Source: Oculina patagonica
Lineage: Eukaryota
Length of the DNA: 64,000 nt
Direction: 5' to 3'
Assembly: GCF_052425735.1 (NCBI RefSeq)
Contig: NC_135760.1
Coordinates: 4,030,001-4,094,000 of the forward strand
Part shown: in pieces, positions 37,001-49,713 of the stretch
How positions within the stretch are numbered: the first letter of the stretch is position 1
Layout: every line of letters begins with the position of its first letter
Notes under the pieces: generated by a model
Databases searched by the model: none
The model's input: the letters and a program-made list of their open reading frames with translations, nothing else
Told to the model about the DNA's origin: nothing
Translations under genes and position numbers: made by a program

Positions 37001-40000
37001 GAAGACTTTGTTCAACATTTAGAAACGTCGCCCAAAGTTGTTTGTGTCGTTCAAATCGAGTTACCGCAAACCACATCAATAATTCAGTGACGGCGCGAGA
37101 GGAACAAATGAGGCGTCGTTAATTCTTTATTTAAAGATAAAGATAAAATAACAGGGATGTTTTCAATTGAAGAACTTGAAAAACAAGACTTAAGGATAGT
37201 AGAAAACAGGCGCATTTACATGTTATTTGACACTAGAAACACAAATGTGAATACACTTTAATAGACAAAACAAAAAAGAAATTAGGATAGCGTCCGGCCG
37301 ACAATAAATGAATAAATAAACGAACAGTGTTTTTGTCTTATCACTGCTTGCTTTAATTTACAACCCCTAAGAAGGAAGGGAACTAATTAAAAACAACGAA
37401 TAAGAAATTTCCCCCTCTAGGTATCAAATGTCTAGGTAATAGGGTCCCCAGATCGTTAGCGACCTGGGAAATGTCTCTTATCTAGTATCTCTTTTGTGTT
37501 GCTTGCTATTAACAGCAGGCTAGCCTGCAAACGCACACAGATCTCGTGAAACAACAAGCCAACATCCCTTTGCTAACAGCATGCCCGCGGTTCTTGAATA
37601 CGAGCAGGATAATGCCACATACCAGGTGCGAAAGCAATTCAAGCTGATTCAGTTTTTCTAATTTAAAGATAAGGGAAGACACTTATTTTGCCTCCTTTTC
37701 TAGGAAGATAATTTTATACTCATAAGGTGAAGTGAAGTGAATTCTTTATTTACCCTCGGATTGAAGAGTGGCTTTTAAAAAGCTAATATCTCCGAGCATT
37801 TCAACAGTACAACGGCACAATAGGCAAAGACCAGACCACAACACCGGGGAACTTCATGCCCTACCCTGAGGTTGTTAGTGCATGCTTCGTTACAAACCGT
37901 AAATTTGTAAAACGTTTGTAAATTTAACGTAGTTTTTCACAAACTTTGTGTTTACGGCTAAGAGACGTGGTACACCTGGTGAAATTCCTAATGCAGCAAT
38001 GACAGCGTACGAGAACTATACCAGCCGGCATTTAAAAGGAAAAGTCCTGAAAACAAGCCAAAAATGAGCTGTGTCAAAAGCTCGAGAGGAACGTTGAAAT
38101 GGCCATAAATATTGATATCATTGCCATAATATAATTATAAATTCTCCTGATTTATTATCATACATTTCTATTAATGTTGGAGAATATCGTGATGCATCAA
38201 ATGCGCATACTTACTGCGCATAATTACACGCGCGATGAGCGCGCGCGTATTACAAAACGGCGGCTTCTTCTTTGTGCGCCAGAGAGGTACATCGTCATTG
38301 ATCGTAAACAAATATGGTGGCCTTGCATTGTTTTTATCTTGGTTTGAATTGAGCAACAACTTCCGCTCCGTAAAATAAATATAGTAAAAATAAATTATTG
38401 CGAAAATGCAAGAATCTCCTCCTCCTAAGCGAGTTTGTTTTTATTTCAAAATTTAGTTTCTTAAAAGGCAAAGTTCGACAAAAATCTCAGTGTAGGTTTT
38501 TTGTAGGGCAACAAAATTACTGGGGTCCCAGTAGTTTTCATTGTGGCCCTGAAACCCCGATCGAATTAAAATTTTGAAGTGTTGGTTTTTGTGGAGGGAG
38601 AAAAACCAGAGAACCCTGAGAAAAACCTTTGGAGCAAGGACGAACTCAACCCACATATGACGCAGGCTTCGGGAATAGAACCCGGGCCACATTGGTGGGA
38701 AGAGAGCGCTCTCGCCACTGCGCCATCCCTGCTCACCCTCCCTTCTATCCTTGCTCGTTAAAATAAGGACAAAACAAGCCTTTAAAAAAGCCAATCCCAT
38801 GTTCTGCTCTTATCTTTTTTCCGCAAAAGATAAGCTGAAAGGTAGATGTCATAACAGGCTTACATTTCAATAATTTGAAAACGGTATCAAAAGACGCCGA
38901 ACAACAAACAACTCAAAATTCAATAGTACAACTTCGAAATACATCCATTCTTTGCCACGGCAGTTGAATTGTAAAACAGTGACTAAATAATCTGCTTTGT
39001 GCTAAAAATATTTCCCGGTAGACAAGCTTTATTTTCTGGCTACAGTTATCTTTTTTCAATGTCATAAAATTCTCAGCTTGATAATTTGCTGGTGCTGGAA
39101 AACAATAATTAATTCCTGATGACCGTCGCATTTTTTAAAATGTAAAATTAATAATTTCTGTTTTTCTTTCTTTTTCTTTTTTTGGCAAAACATTTTTCAT
39201 CTTAAAGTATGAAGTTTGATTCAATGCTTGACTACAAATTTTTAGGGACATTAACTTGTTGTCTTTCTTGTAGTTTTGGTTTGACCGCAAAATGAGGTAT
39301 CAATGCAACTTCTCTTATTTTTTCTCAAATGTCGGAAAAAAGGAATGTTGTAAAAAGTTCAAAAAGAGCTTTATACCTACCATACAAGGCTAGTGAATTC
39401 TCACAGAGACCCCAACGATTTCCCGGCAGGTCGCATTCAATGTGTTTGCGGAAATGTTTTAAATCGTTCGAGTAAATGTCGGTTGATTCCGCTGTCGGAG
39501 TTTTACCCGAAATCGGAAAATCTTTCCGGCTGGTCGATGACTTAATTAGTAAACCTTTACGAACCTTGAGCGATCAAAGAAAATATTTATAGTGTAGAAA
39601 ATCAAGAAAGAAAAGTTACTATCAATCTCTGTTCAGATCACGTCGAGAGGTCTTTAAAACGGCTCCCTATGAACGGTTCACTGACCGCTTATTTAAAAAT
39701 ATTATTACAATTTTAACGATGTCTTGCTTGAGTTTGATGTATCAACCAATGGGATTAGTTCATAAGTTATGAATGATACTTTGTTTCAAATTTTAACGCT
39801 TCTCGTTGGGCCACAAATGTTGTAAGAAAATGATGAACTTCCAGCCGGCATTTCGCGCTAAAATTGTTAACTGAAAACGCTTTTAAATGGATTTCCTCGA
39901 CACGGTAATGATATTTGCACGGGCAGAAAAATATCAAAGAATGTTTGACTTCATAACGAGGAAATAAGCGGACAACAAAATCTTTAAACTCGTGTTTAGA

Positions 40001-43000
40001 TGAAGCAAAACAAAGTGATAATGTTGTATAACTATTCAATGCAACATGTTAAAAATTTAAGGGCTAATCGCAGCTCTGCAGAAAACTATAGCTAGTCCCA
40101 GTTAATAAGGTGTTAAAGGCTATAAAACAACTACGTTTTTCAGATGATTCCTAAAAAAGAAAGGTGACGCTTTTTAATTACGTTTTTTAGATAAATAATG
40201 AACACAGGTGACTAAAATAAAACAAATTAGTTTCCAAAGAAAACATTGGTGATTATACGCCAACACTCGAGTCGGTTATACAGAATCTTTTTCAGTTCAA
40301 AACATTCTCTTTTTATAAAATGTTTATCAAATTAGCCAATGAAGTAACGTTTTCGGTAGACATGTTTAACTTCAGCTCGATTTTTAATATAGCTAGAGTT
40401 AATGAAAAAAGAACGTTTAGATTTAGTTGCAACAGTATCGACAAATTTAAACTATAAATTAGGCTTGTTGAATGTGCTATGTAGATTTCACTTCCACATT
40501 GGGGCGACTAAGGTATGGTTATCGATATTTTTTGTAAGGGGAAGAAAATGGAAATTTGCAAGTGTCGCTCGAGACGACCGCCGGCAGGGACTCTTGCGCT
40601 TCTTTCTGCTCAGTGACCTTCCGTGCGCTATTGCTTTTAATAAATAAACTTGGACTTGTTGTTTCTTTTTTTTTTTTTGCTTTTATGAAACTGGGTAGGA
40701 AAATAGTACTGATTTGGTCTCGAAAGCCGCAGGGTAACGGCTAGGTAGGATAGAGCACAGCTCCAGTTAAAAAGTTTCTCAAAGTACTTTAGCCACAAAA
40801 GAATTGCCCATCGGCCGTGAGCTTATTATATAAATAATTGCGAGTTTATGTCTTGTATTCTTTGCCTTTTTGACGACACCTTGTCTTTGACACTTCTTGA
40901 CAGTAAGTAATGTTTATTGTACTTCTGTACTTTGCGTCGTTTTCAAGTCTTTTAATTAATATTGCGTTAAAAAGTTTAAATTTTGTCTCACTTTCGTCCG
41001 CCATTTTGTTTGTTCAAGATGCATTTTTCACGAGGCTGCCTTAAATGTCAATCATTTTCAATTACAACGTTTTGCACTGCTAATTACACGTTTTACACTG
41101 CCAATTACACTTTTTGCACTGGTTTAGGATAAATTGACGTGTTCTTAGCCAATCAGAATGGATAAATTGTTGCTTGTATATTATTAGTGCGTAAACTCTC
41201 TTGCTGTAGAATATTATAAGCCCTAAGTGGGGGCGACAAAGGAGTTAAAACATTGGCTGAAAATATCAAAATTAACCCGGTGCTTGTTTTATCTGTTCAC
41301 GATCTGGTAATAATGTACCGCCTTCCACACATAAAAGCTACCAAAATGGAGAACCCAAACATTAAAATGTTTGGCTTTCTCGTGTAAAAAATAACTTGCT
41401 TTCGATTTTGTGAAACTCTTATGTTGGCAAAACGTTCATTACTCAGTTAGAATCTGCTGCATTGCTGTCCTGTCTAGGATTAATTTATAAATACAAACGA
41501 TTCCCTTAGCATTGAACAATAAAGTGAGACAACTGTTGACCCTTCTGATCAACATCGAATCTCTCCTTACAGTTTCAATACATTGTTAAAAAAAAACAGG
41601 AAATGAGAATAAAGAGAATTAACAAGCAGTGTTGTCTCGATTTATCACCAACTTCTCCTAACTCACATTAAAAGAAACGTATGGAAAGCAGTAGGGAGAA
41701 TTGACATTTCAATCGAGGAAAGAGAGTACTTACGTTTCAAAACAGTGACAGTGATTGGTGTGTACTGTGAAGGTGGAGTGATCTTCACCAATGAGCATGA
41801 CTCCAAGGAATGGCATTTCACACAGAAACAGTAACTAAAGAAAACGAAATGAAGTAAGTTTAGATAGTTGAAATGCCCCCCTCCCTTCAACCCCGGTCTC
41901 GAGGAGGCTACTCCCATTTGTGAACTACAGTAGAACCCCGGTAACTCGAACTCGGATAGCTCGAACAACCCCGCTAACTCGAACTAACTTCCATTTCCTT
42001 TGGATTTGACCCCACTTTTCAGTCATTTTTACTCGGTTAACTCGAACTCGGATAACTCGAAAACCCCGCCAACTCGAACTAAATTTCGTTTCCCTTGAAC
42101 AAAATTTGGGTCACATTTACCCCGATAACTCGAATTTCACTTCTTGCAACTCGCCACGGTTGCCCATTGATTAGAACAACAAACATATCACGTATTTGAC
42201 AGTCATTTTCCATCCTTATCATAAGAATGTAAGGTCGTGTAAGAGTTTCTGACGACCTAAGTTCAATTTGCACTGTACTGTAAACTGAAGTGCTGAAAAA
42301 TCTGTAAACTATCAATTATTAACTTGGCAAATTAAATATTCAATCGACCCCGATAACTCGAAACCCCGCTAACCCGAACTGGTTTTCGTTTCCCTTTAGA
42401 GTTCGAGTTACCGGGGTTCTACTGTATATAAGTATGTGCCACGAGATTGGGGGATAGGGTATGGTTTTTGGTGTTCTCAGTCCTTTTATAAGGTATCCTT
42501 TGACCCAATAGACCATTTGCATTATGACGTAAAAGCGCAAAGACTTCTGGTAGTTGTAGTTAGGTTCGCGGAAAATTTTGAATCGTCATCAAGCCCGCTT
42601 GCCCGAGAAAATCGTGATGGAGGTAAAGAAAATTACGCTCACCGAAGAAGACGTCCCTGTGGCTTCATTTAAAGGGCAAAAAGCAACCTCTCAGTATAAA
42701 ACTAAGTTATGCAAGAAATTGTATATTTGCTGGGTTGCGTTTTGTAGTGAAGTTTCAACGAGTGTTTCCTCCAAGTCTCAGTCGCGCGGTTATTTAATTA
42801 AATTCCTAAAACTTTTGCTTGCCAGGTATTTTCAAATAATATACGAAGACGCAATATTTTACCCTTTCTAAACATAGGGGAACACAGTACATGATGTCTA
42901 CACTCGTAAAAATCTTTGAGGCTCACCTTTCGAGTCGCACAAGTAATCGTTCATCAACAAGATTATGGGGAAAGATTTCCGCGCAGCCCCCTACATTAAT

Positions 43001-45419
43001 TATGTATGCAACTATTTCATACTATCACTATACACTAACAGCAATCATGAAAAGAACGAGTAAGTCACAAAATTGTATGCATAATTAATGTAGGGGGCTG
43101 TGCCGAAATCTTGCCAAAAATACAATTTTAAGATAAAAACAAAATAATCTGTATTCACCTGCACAGGGAAGTTTTGATTGATCAACTTGAAAATCATTTA
43201 TGATTGACCCTTCATGATTCATCGATGAAGCTCGATTGAATGAGGAAAATTATTTGACTCGTTTCTCTGTCTCACTGTAAAAATATATTAAACTAACCGT
43301 CCCGCCGAGCAATCATGATATATGGCAAATTTTCAAAGCTTTTCAGTGAAGAATTAATTCACCTGCGAACGATGGAAGCGATCGTTTGTTGAACGTCTGA
43401 AAATAGATTAAGAACAAAGTCAATGGCTTGCCTTGCTTTCACTTGATTCCACACAAATTTAGTTACGGTATATCCTCGACTCGTCCTTTCAAGCAATCTG
43501 TTTCCAGTGTGATATTTAAGCTTATAAAATTATTTACGAAGAGAAGTTGTCGGCCGCGATTAATGAATTTCTACCAAGTCAACTCCGCCACACAACGTAC
43601 ATATTAAACTTACTTGAACACGAACAACATTTGTCTGTCTTGGTTAAAACACAGAACTCAGTCAATTTTCATTCCAAAGCTATCATCCTGTTTTCTATAT
43701 TTTTGACAGGTAACTGAAAAAATAAAGTTTAAACAAATTTCGAAGCGACAAGAGAGTAAACTTAGCAGCTCAAACTTCTGATCAAATTAAAAGTCCTGGA
43801 TGTCCACCTTCACGCTTGGCTGCCCTTAGCCAATCATAAGCCAGAAATGGTGTTTTCCCGCGAACCTAACTACAACTACCAGAAGTCTTTGCGCTTTTAC
43901 GTCATAATGCAAATGGTCTATTGGCAGTGGTACTATCACCACGCAAGGATTAAAAATAAAAGAAAACGTGCAAAGTGTAAGGCAAGTTAATGTGAAGTGT
44001 ACAGTATATGGTGCAATTAGATAAATATGACAAGAAAAGAAAAAGAAAAGAGTTCATGATCAGAAAAAATGCATATCAGGGCATGCGCAAATCCTACAAG
44101 GTTATGCCGGTTTTATTTTAAGCGGTAGGCAGGAGCCCATGCCCTGGCGGTAGGACATTCCAGTCTTTTATCGTTAATTCTCCAGAAATGGTAATGTAAA
44201 TAAAATACAAACAGCGGCAACAAACATAACACATGGACTACGCATAGTCTGAAAAAATAATCTAAAATGGTCTTTTTCAGACCATGCGTAGTCCATGTGT
44301 TATGTTTGTTGCCCCTGTTTGTATTTTATTTCTGGTGAAATTGAAATGGCCAAGAAACAAGAGCGTCTATGGTAATGTAAAGTCTGCGTTAAACAAAGTG
44401 GCTCATACCATGCATACCGCCGGAGCTTATCCCGGTCTACTTCCCCTTGGATGGGATGCTAGTTTATCGCAGGATTACCCCCAGCAGTAAGTTTGCCGGT
44501 ACCCATTTATACACCTGGATGGGGAGAGGCACTGTGAGAGTAAAGTGTCTTGTCCAAGAACACAACACAGTGACCCCGACCAGGATTCGAACCCGAACTT
44601 CCCGAACTTCCCGAGTTCAGCGCGCTAACCATTAGGCCACAGCATATCCCACAGGAGACGAAAAATAATGGTGAATAATTTCAGCATAATGTATAACGCA
44701 CAAAACCACCAAGCCTAAAAACCACGCAATACGAAATCTTCCAGAGCCAGCAGTCTTACCTGTTCAGCAGAAACACTACGTCAGTATCCGGGCTTTTACA
44801 ACAGTGCTCTGTACACCTATCAACGGTCATGTGACTCTCATCGGGTGGTTCCCAAGGCATGTACTTCCCAGCCTCTAGGCCACCCCGGAGCACCACATTG
44901 TGGTACGTTGTTTTCTTGATACAGAACAAAACGTCGTCTGCGCGGACGAATGGAACTGTAACAAAGAAGTCTAGTTGTAAAGCAATTCCAGTGGATACCA
45001 TTACATGGAGTGTTGAATAGAGGGCATTGGCCTGGGCTCTGATGAGGAGAATGAGCCCGCGATCCTTCTCGGAATGCTCCTCTATATCGGATATCGGAGC
45101 AAGGAGGGAGCTGGGGGAGGGGGTTAGGCGAGGGGGAGGGGGAGGGGTAAAATCGGACTTTGCGGCAAAAATCGAGCATGTAGCAGAAATCAACAGCACC
45201 GCTTACGTTTCTTCTAGTTGTTCGCTACGAGAAAGTTGTGCTTTCTCGCCGATTGTTGCAGTAGCCAGTAACATTACATCACGCTAATTTTTAAGTTCGC
45301 TTATCGATGACAACATCATAGAGTACTGGATAAGAGATAAGAAAACATTTTCGCTCACCAGGTATAAAGTTCAGCAACAGCCAGACTGAGATTATTCGTG
45401 TCCGTCTTTCACCAGACAT
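31126..45419 (-). CDS. Predicted secreted protein, ~307 aa: signal peptide, MANSC/PAN-like Cys domain, Thr/Ser-rich linker, divergent SUEL/Gal-lectin-like domain; exons 45419-45359, 44970-44760, 41834-41734, 36963-36878, 34823-34700, 32019-31936, 31382-31126
   Basis: Seven GT-AG exons join in phase with no stops: MSGERRTRIISVWLLLNFIPDFFVTVPFVRA..VLRGGLEAGKY..CTEHCCKSPDTDVVFLLNSYCFCVKC..TTKPTEATT..ISLQCPGTLKVTRVRAFG..C..C..LVTYTCS. Confidence 0.7.
32198..32479. mobile_element. MITE, same family as 4259-4550
   Basis: TIRs AGAGCGGTTTTCACTTGAGTGTCG / CGACACTCAATTCAAAACTGCTCT. Confidence 0.75.
33065..33720 (+). repeat. Degenerate (GGAA)n/(GGAC)n/(GACA)n simple repeat surrounding an assembly gap
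   Basis: Visible tetranucleotide runs on both sides of the Ns. Confidence 0.85.
33338..33512. other. Assembly gap (N run)
   Basis: Run of N bases. Confidence 0.99.
38540..38735 (-). mobile_element. tRNA-derived SINE (third family)
   Basis: Minus strand GAGCAGGGATGGCGCAGTGGCGAGAGCG...GGGTTCTATTCCCG (A/B boxes) followed by TGTGGGTTGAGTT...GGTTTTTCTC body. Confidence 0.7.
41928..42424. mobile_element. Tc1/mariner-pogo-like MITE, 497 bp
   Basis: TIRs CAGTAGAACCCCGGTAACTCGAAC / GTTCGAGTTACCGGGGTTCTACTG; TA TSD; internal TAACTCGAA repeats; copy at 58032-58528. Confidence 0.85.
42510..43919. mobile_element. Non-autonomous ISL2EU-like element, 1410 bp, ~62-bp TIRs, AT TSD
   Basis: TIR AGACCATTTGCATTATGACGTAAAAGCGCAAAGACTTCTGGTAGTTGTAGTTAGGTTCGCGG mirrored at the right end; AT flanks; residual ORF start MEVKKITLTEEDVPVASFKGQK; nested inverted repeat ~42973-43112. 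Confidence 0.75.
44198..44330. repeat. Short palindromic hairpin/MITE
   Basis: AATAAAATACAAACAG..CATGGACTACGCAT..ATGCGTAGTCCATG..CTGTTTGTATTTTATT. Confidence 0.7.
44395..44652 (-). mobile_element. tRNA-derived SINE, same family as 13534-13865
   Basis: Minus strand GTGGCCTAATGGTTAGCGCG..GGTTCGAATCC..TTCTTGGACAAGACACTTTACTCTCACAGTGCCTCTC. Confidence 0.8.
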
Positions 45420-46584
45420 GCTTTTGAACTACTTGTGGTGGTTTAGCGTCGAAGACCCCAGATGTGTTCGTTCAAATATTACACTACGAAGAATAAAACT
45501 CTGCTGTTGGCTGCAGTATTAATTAACTGGAACAATTGGAAACTGGGTTATCAGAAACAATCCGGCTGTCTTGCGTATAATGCTACCAAACAGCATGGTT
45601 CCCTTTCATATAACAACACAATCCCTGTCTCCTGCCAAGTCTGAAACAGCTGGAATCAGGGAAACATAGACTGAGTCAGTCAGTTCAGGCCGAATACCGC
45701 ATAAACAAAAAAAATTACTATGATGTGTAACAATCCATACTAAAAAAGATACTTTGTGGAAACTGTGTAACTATGTATTTATTTTATTTGGCAGTGATTT
45801 ATGGCTCCATTTTTTTCAAGCAGAGAGTGACATGACGGGAATGGATAAATAATGTCATTAATTCAACGAGAACTTCCTTTCGCAGCATGAAATATGTTTT
45901 CCTGCCAAAAAAGATCGTAAAATGCCTTGACCACCAAGAGTTAATCCGGAATCATTAAGGGAGCTCCGGTGGTGCCTTTGAGCCCACGTGCTTCGTTATC
46001 GAAGATCTGGAGCCTTAAATCGTTTCTGGGATCCATCAGGCTATTACCTGTTTATCACTGGGTCAAACGCCTCTGGGAAGGGTAGCATTCGGTTGTAAAG
46101 TGTCGTTGGCGTGCGATGCAGACTTGTTTGAAAGCAGATTGGTGATTGATTGCCGTTCTGTTATCTAATAAGAGGCGTTGTGTTCGTAAGTCATTTTAAC
46201 GACCAGGGTTATGATAAGTTGGTTGTCCTGTGTTGTTGTTGTTGTCACGTGATCTGTAGGTTCACATTTCTGAAGCGTACAGACTAGACGTGTATGACTG
46301 TATCTCTACTCATAAAAACCAGTCTCGTTCCTAGGACCTTCGCCTTTCAGGCGAAGGCAACATCATACTAAATCTCTGAGTTCGAAACGATATTATATTA
46401 CAAGTAAACACAAAAAATTGGTTGCCGCAAATCTATGTTCCAGTTTTCACATAATCCGAGAGTCCGGAAAGAGTCAGGTCAAATGTAGCAGGCACGGACA
46501 ACCTTTATTTTTCTCCAAAAGGCGTATTTTACGCGTTTGGGCTCTACACGATTTTTGAAGACGGGTTATTTTGGCTAATGACAG

Positions 46585-47910
46585 CTAAATGGTGAACAAT
46601 AATTCAGGAAACTGTCCCTGTCTAGTGCTCGTTCCATTACCAGAGTACTTGCTATTCATAAATGTAATTGTTACACCTGAACATTTCACCAAACTGTGAC
46701 CATTTTCTCCTCGAAGTGGATCCGAGCCAGTTATTAACGCTTCTACGGAGTATGCGGTGTTTCTTTTTAGAACGAGTGCAGAGTCAAACAAAATCTCAAA
46801 TCCATAATAGCGACCAATGACACTATGTACAATCTCTGATGAAAACCATCCAGCTTTGGTCATAAGAACCGATTTGTTTGTGGCATTTTTAATCTCCAAA
46901 TCTACCCAGTAACTGTTGCTCTCTCTTCCAAAGAGGCGTAGCCCCTGTAACACAATATCTCTGTCCGCAGAAAAAATAACGCAATCTCTTCCAGTACCGT
47001 AAGTCCAGCTGTTGTGTGACACAGAGCCAAATCTGCAACATCGTTGAATTTCACCGACAAAGCCAGATCGTTTGGTTTCTGGGAATCGCACTGGGTAATC
47101 CAACACTGAGTTGATGTGTTTGATAACGCTGACGATTTCTTCTGCTGTTAATATTTTACTGTCCAGGGCCACCAGGGCAAAGTCTTCTTGTTTCATAGTT
47201 GGAAAGCGTATTTCTTTGACTATTTTTTCTCCAAGGATCTCTCGTTTTACTGCACCTTTTGTTACTAAGCCTTGCCTGTCGCATTCCTTTGTTGCCCACA
47301 AGTCAACAGCTTTAAACAGCTCCACTTCGTAAATATTCAAAGAGTCTCTCACGACAACTGCTTCAAGTAAGGACCTCTCAATTGCCGTAAATCCATCCGA
47401 TTTCACAGTCTTCTCTGTCTGCTCATCGATCACTTTCCAGCATCTTTCCACCAGATTTTTCTCGTCATATTTCTGAGCAGATGGCAGGATGCTGAAAACA
47501 TTAAATGCATCTAAGTTATCTTGCAGATATTCTATGCATTTATCAGCCAGTGAAGGCACTATGTATTTCTTCGCCAAATACAACACTCCCATCACATTTC
47601 TTCCATTCAAGTTCACTTCATCGCTGTACATGTAACGAAACAACTCCAACAGACTCTCGTACTCGCAATCAGGCAGTTCAATAGAGTCTCCAGTCTCCGG
47701 CAACTCACCGTAAAACATTGCCGAAAATACAGGACTGCCAATGGACAACACAAACTTGTGAGCTGGAATGACTTGCTTGATTTCACTCTCGCCAATTACC
47801 ATGTGAACAACAAACTTAACATCGCTGAAAAGATCATTGTTGAGCATAAACTGACTTCTTTCTCTGATAGTTGGTCTTGTTGTTTGCCAGCTTATCTCAG
47901 ATGCAGACAT
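46585..47910 (-). CDS. Intronless BTB/POZ-BACK-PHR protein (BTBD6/BTBD1-2-like), 441 aa, intact
   Basis: FSDVKFVV..IPAHKFVLSIGSPVFSAMFYGEL..YLAKKYIVP (BTB), BACK region ELFKAVDLWA..IRFPTM, PHR-type end GQFPELLF. Confidence 0.92.
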   Translation of the reverse strand: MSASEISWQTTRPTIRERSQFMLNNDLFSDVKFVVHMVIGESEIKQVIPAHKFVLSIGSPVFSAMFYGELPETGDSIELPDCEYESLLELFRYMYSDEVNLNGRNVMGVLYLAKKYIVPSLADKCIEYLQDNLDAFNVFSILPSAQKYDEKNLVERCWKVIDEQTEKTVKSDGFTAIERSLLEAVVVRDSLNIYEVELFKAVDLWATKECDRQGLVTKGAVKREILGEKIVKEIRFPTMKQEDFALVALDSKILTAEEIVSVIKHINSVLDYPVRFPETKRSGFVGEIQRCCRFGSVSHNSWTYGTGRDCVIFSADRDIVLQGLRLFGRESNSYWVDLEIKNATNKSVLMTKAGWFSSEIVHSVIGRYYGFEILFDSALVLKRNTAYSVEALITGSDPLRGENGHSLVKCSGVTITFMNSKYSGNGTSTRQGQFPELLFTI

Positions 47911-48919
47911 AGTATCGGAGAGGAAAACTTAAATAAGTCGGAGCAAACACTTTTTAGCTCCGTAAGGTGAAAACAGACAGACAAAAACTCATCTGAAAAA
48001 TTAATTCACCTCGAGAACATTTTGCATATTATATTACTCAAGAATGATCACCTTCCCATTCCAGCGTGTCTGAGAATTTTGTACAATCAAACTAATCCCT
48101 TGAGAAGACAACAAATAATTTCTTCTTTTTAACTGTGACATGATTGAACACGGCTGGGGGTACAATTTATAAATTGTATTTCATCAAAAGGATTGGAAAC
48201 AGTTAACACGAAAAAACGCAAAAACAGATACCGGAAACGTGGAGGGTTGGTGAGCATGTCCGCTGAACACCCCCATAATCCGCCCGGGCGTTAATTTTTC
48301 CCGCAAGCTCTCTGGTTATGTGCTTTCAGTCAGTGAAGTAAATTTGGCCAACTGCCTGTACGTATTGCTTGATTCTTTCATCAACGTTTCTATCTACCAA
48401 ACTATCTGTTTGTTTTAAAAAAACAATCGCGCTGATTTTTTGTAAGTTTTTACTAATAGAGTTATGATAGCAATTTCGAACATTTTGGACAAGTTAAAAC
48501 TGTAGAGACAGGATCCGTTTTCTTCCTGTAACAAAAGGCCATTTATATGCTACCCTACCCAGCTCGATCTTTCAAATTTTTCGGACCTTACATACTAGAC
48601 GCACAAAAAGAGAGAGAAAGAGAAAAAAATGATAGGTCCCGGGAATCGTCCCCCCCCCCCAAAAAAAAAAAAAATCTCGAGTCCCCTTGTTCCTAAACTA
48701 TTGTTGATCTTTTGATCCCAGTTTTCTAAAATATAACACAGGTTTTGTTGCTGCGTGTACCCAGCTTTATTTTTCATTTTGTTCCCTTGTTCACAATTAT
48801 TTTGTGGCCATGTTTCCTTGTAACCTGAAACCCTGGGAGGGTCTTAATTATAACTGAAGTGAATATTCATTTGTAGGTCAGGATTCAAGTTGCCATAAAA
48901 TTACCTAATATTTGCCTCG

Positions 48920-49713
48920 CGCGCTAGCTCAGATAGTTCCAGCTTAACAAGGCAAAGTTCAAGGAACTGAGGATTAGTTTTAGTACTAAGGAGACTCTCG
49001 AGCTTGATCCTATTGTTATTAATGACAGGCAAATTGATATCGTCAAGCATGCAAAGATTCTGGGCGTAACCGTTTCGAGCGACCTAAAATGGAACCACCA
49101 TTGGACGTTCATCGGACGTTGTTAAGAAAGCTAGAAAACGCCTGCATTGTCTTTCTCAGTTAACGCGTTCAGGCCTAGGTCCTAACGGGTAAGTACAGTT
49201 CTATCGTACCTGCATTCGCCCTATCACTGAATATGCCTGTCCAGTTTTCAATGAAAGTCTACCTGCGTATCTTTCTCCTGATCTGAAAGCAGTGTAAAAG
49301 AGGGCGATGCGTATCATGTTCCCGTAGTTTTCGTATTAAGAAGCGCTCGATAAGGCAAGTCTTGTCACTCTGTCAGGTCGAAGGCAAGCCCTGACGAACA
49401 AACTGTTTAACAACATTTTAGAGAACAATGACAGTAGGCTGAGGAATTTACTGCCCCCACGGAATCTTAGTAGTCATAACCTCAGAAAGTCACGCCAATT
49501 TAACCCTGTTTTTAAGACTAATAGATTTAGAAATAGTTTTATTGTCTCTAATGTACTTAAGTTTGATTTTAATCACTCTTGTATAGTTTTTTTAATATTT
49601 TACATTTTATCGTATAAGTTTTTATCGGTTTATAAAATTGTAAATATAACAAAATTCAACCTTTGGGTTGCGAAGTTGTATTAATAAACTATCTATCATC
49701 AATCTATCTATCT
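48920..49713 (+). mobile_element. Degenerate 3' fragment of a CR1/L2-clade LINE (RT C-terminus, 3' UTR, (CTAT)n tail)
   Basis: FQLNKAKFKELRISF..AKILGVTVSSDLKWNHH..RKRL..FYRTCIRPITEYACPVF with frameshifts and stops; AATAAA followed by CTATCTAT repeats. Confidence 0.8.

Noticed and set aside
41928-42424. CRISPR-like array of TAACTCGAA repeats
   Set aside because: Short, irregular subterminal repeats inside a TIR-bounded MITE in eukaryotic DNA; no unique spacers or cas genes
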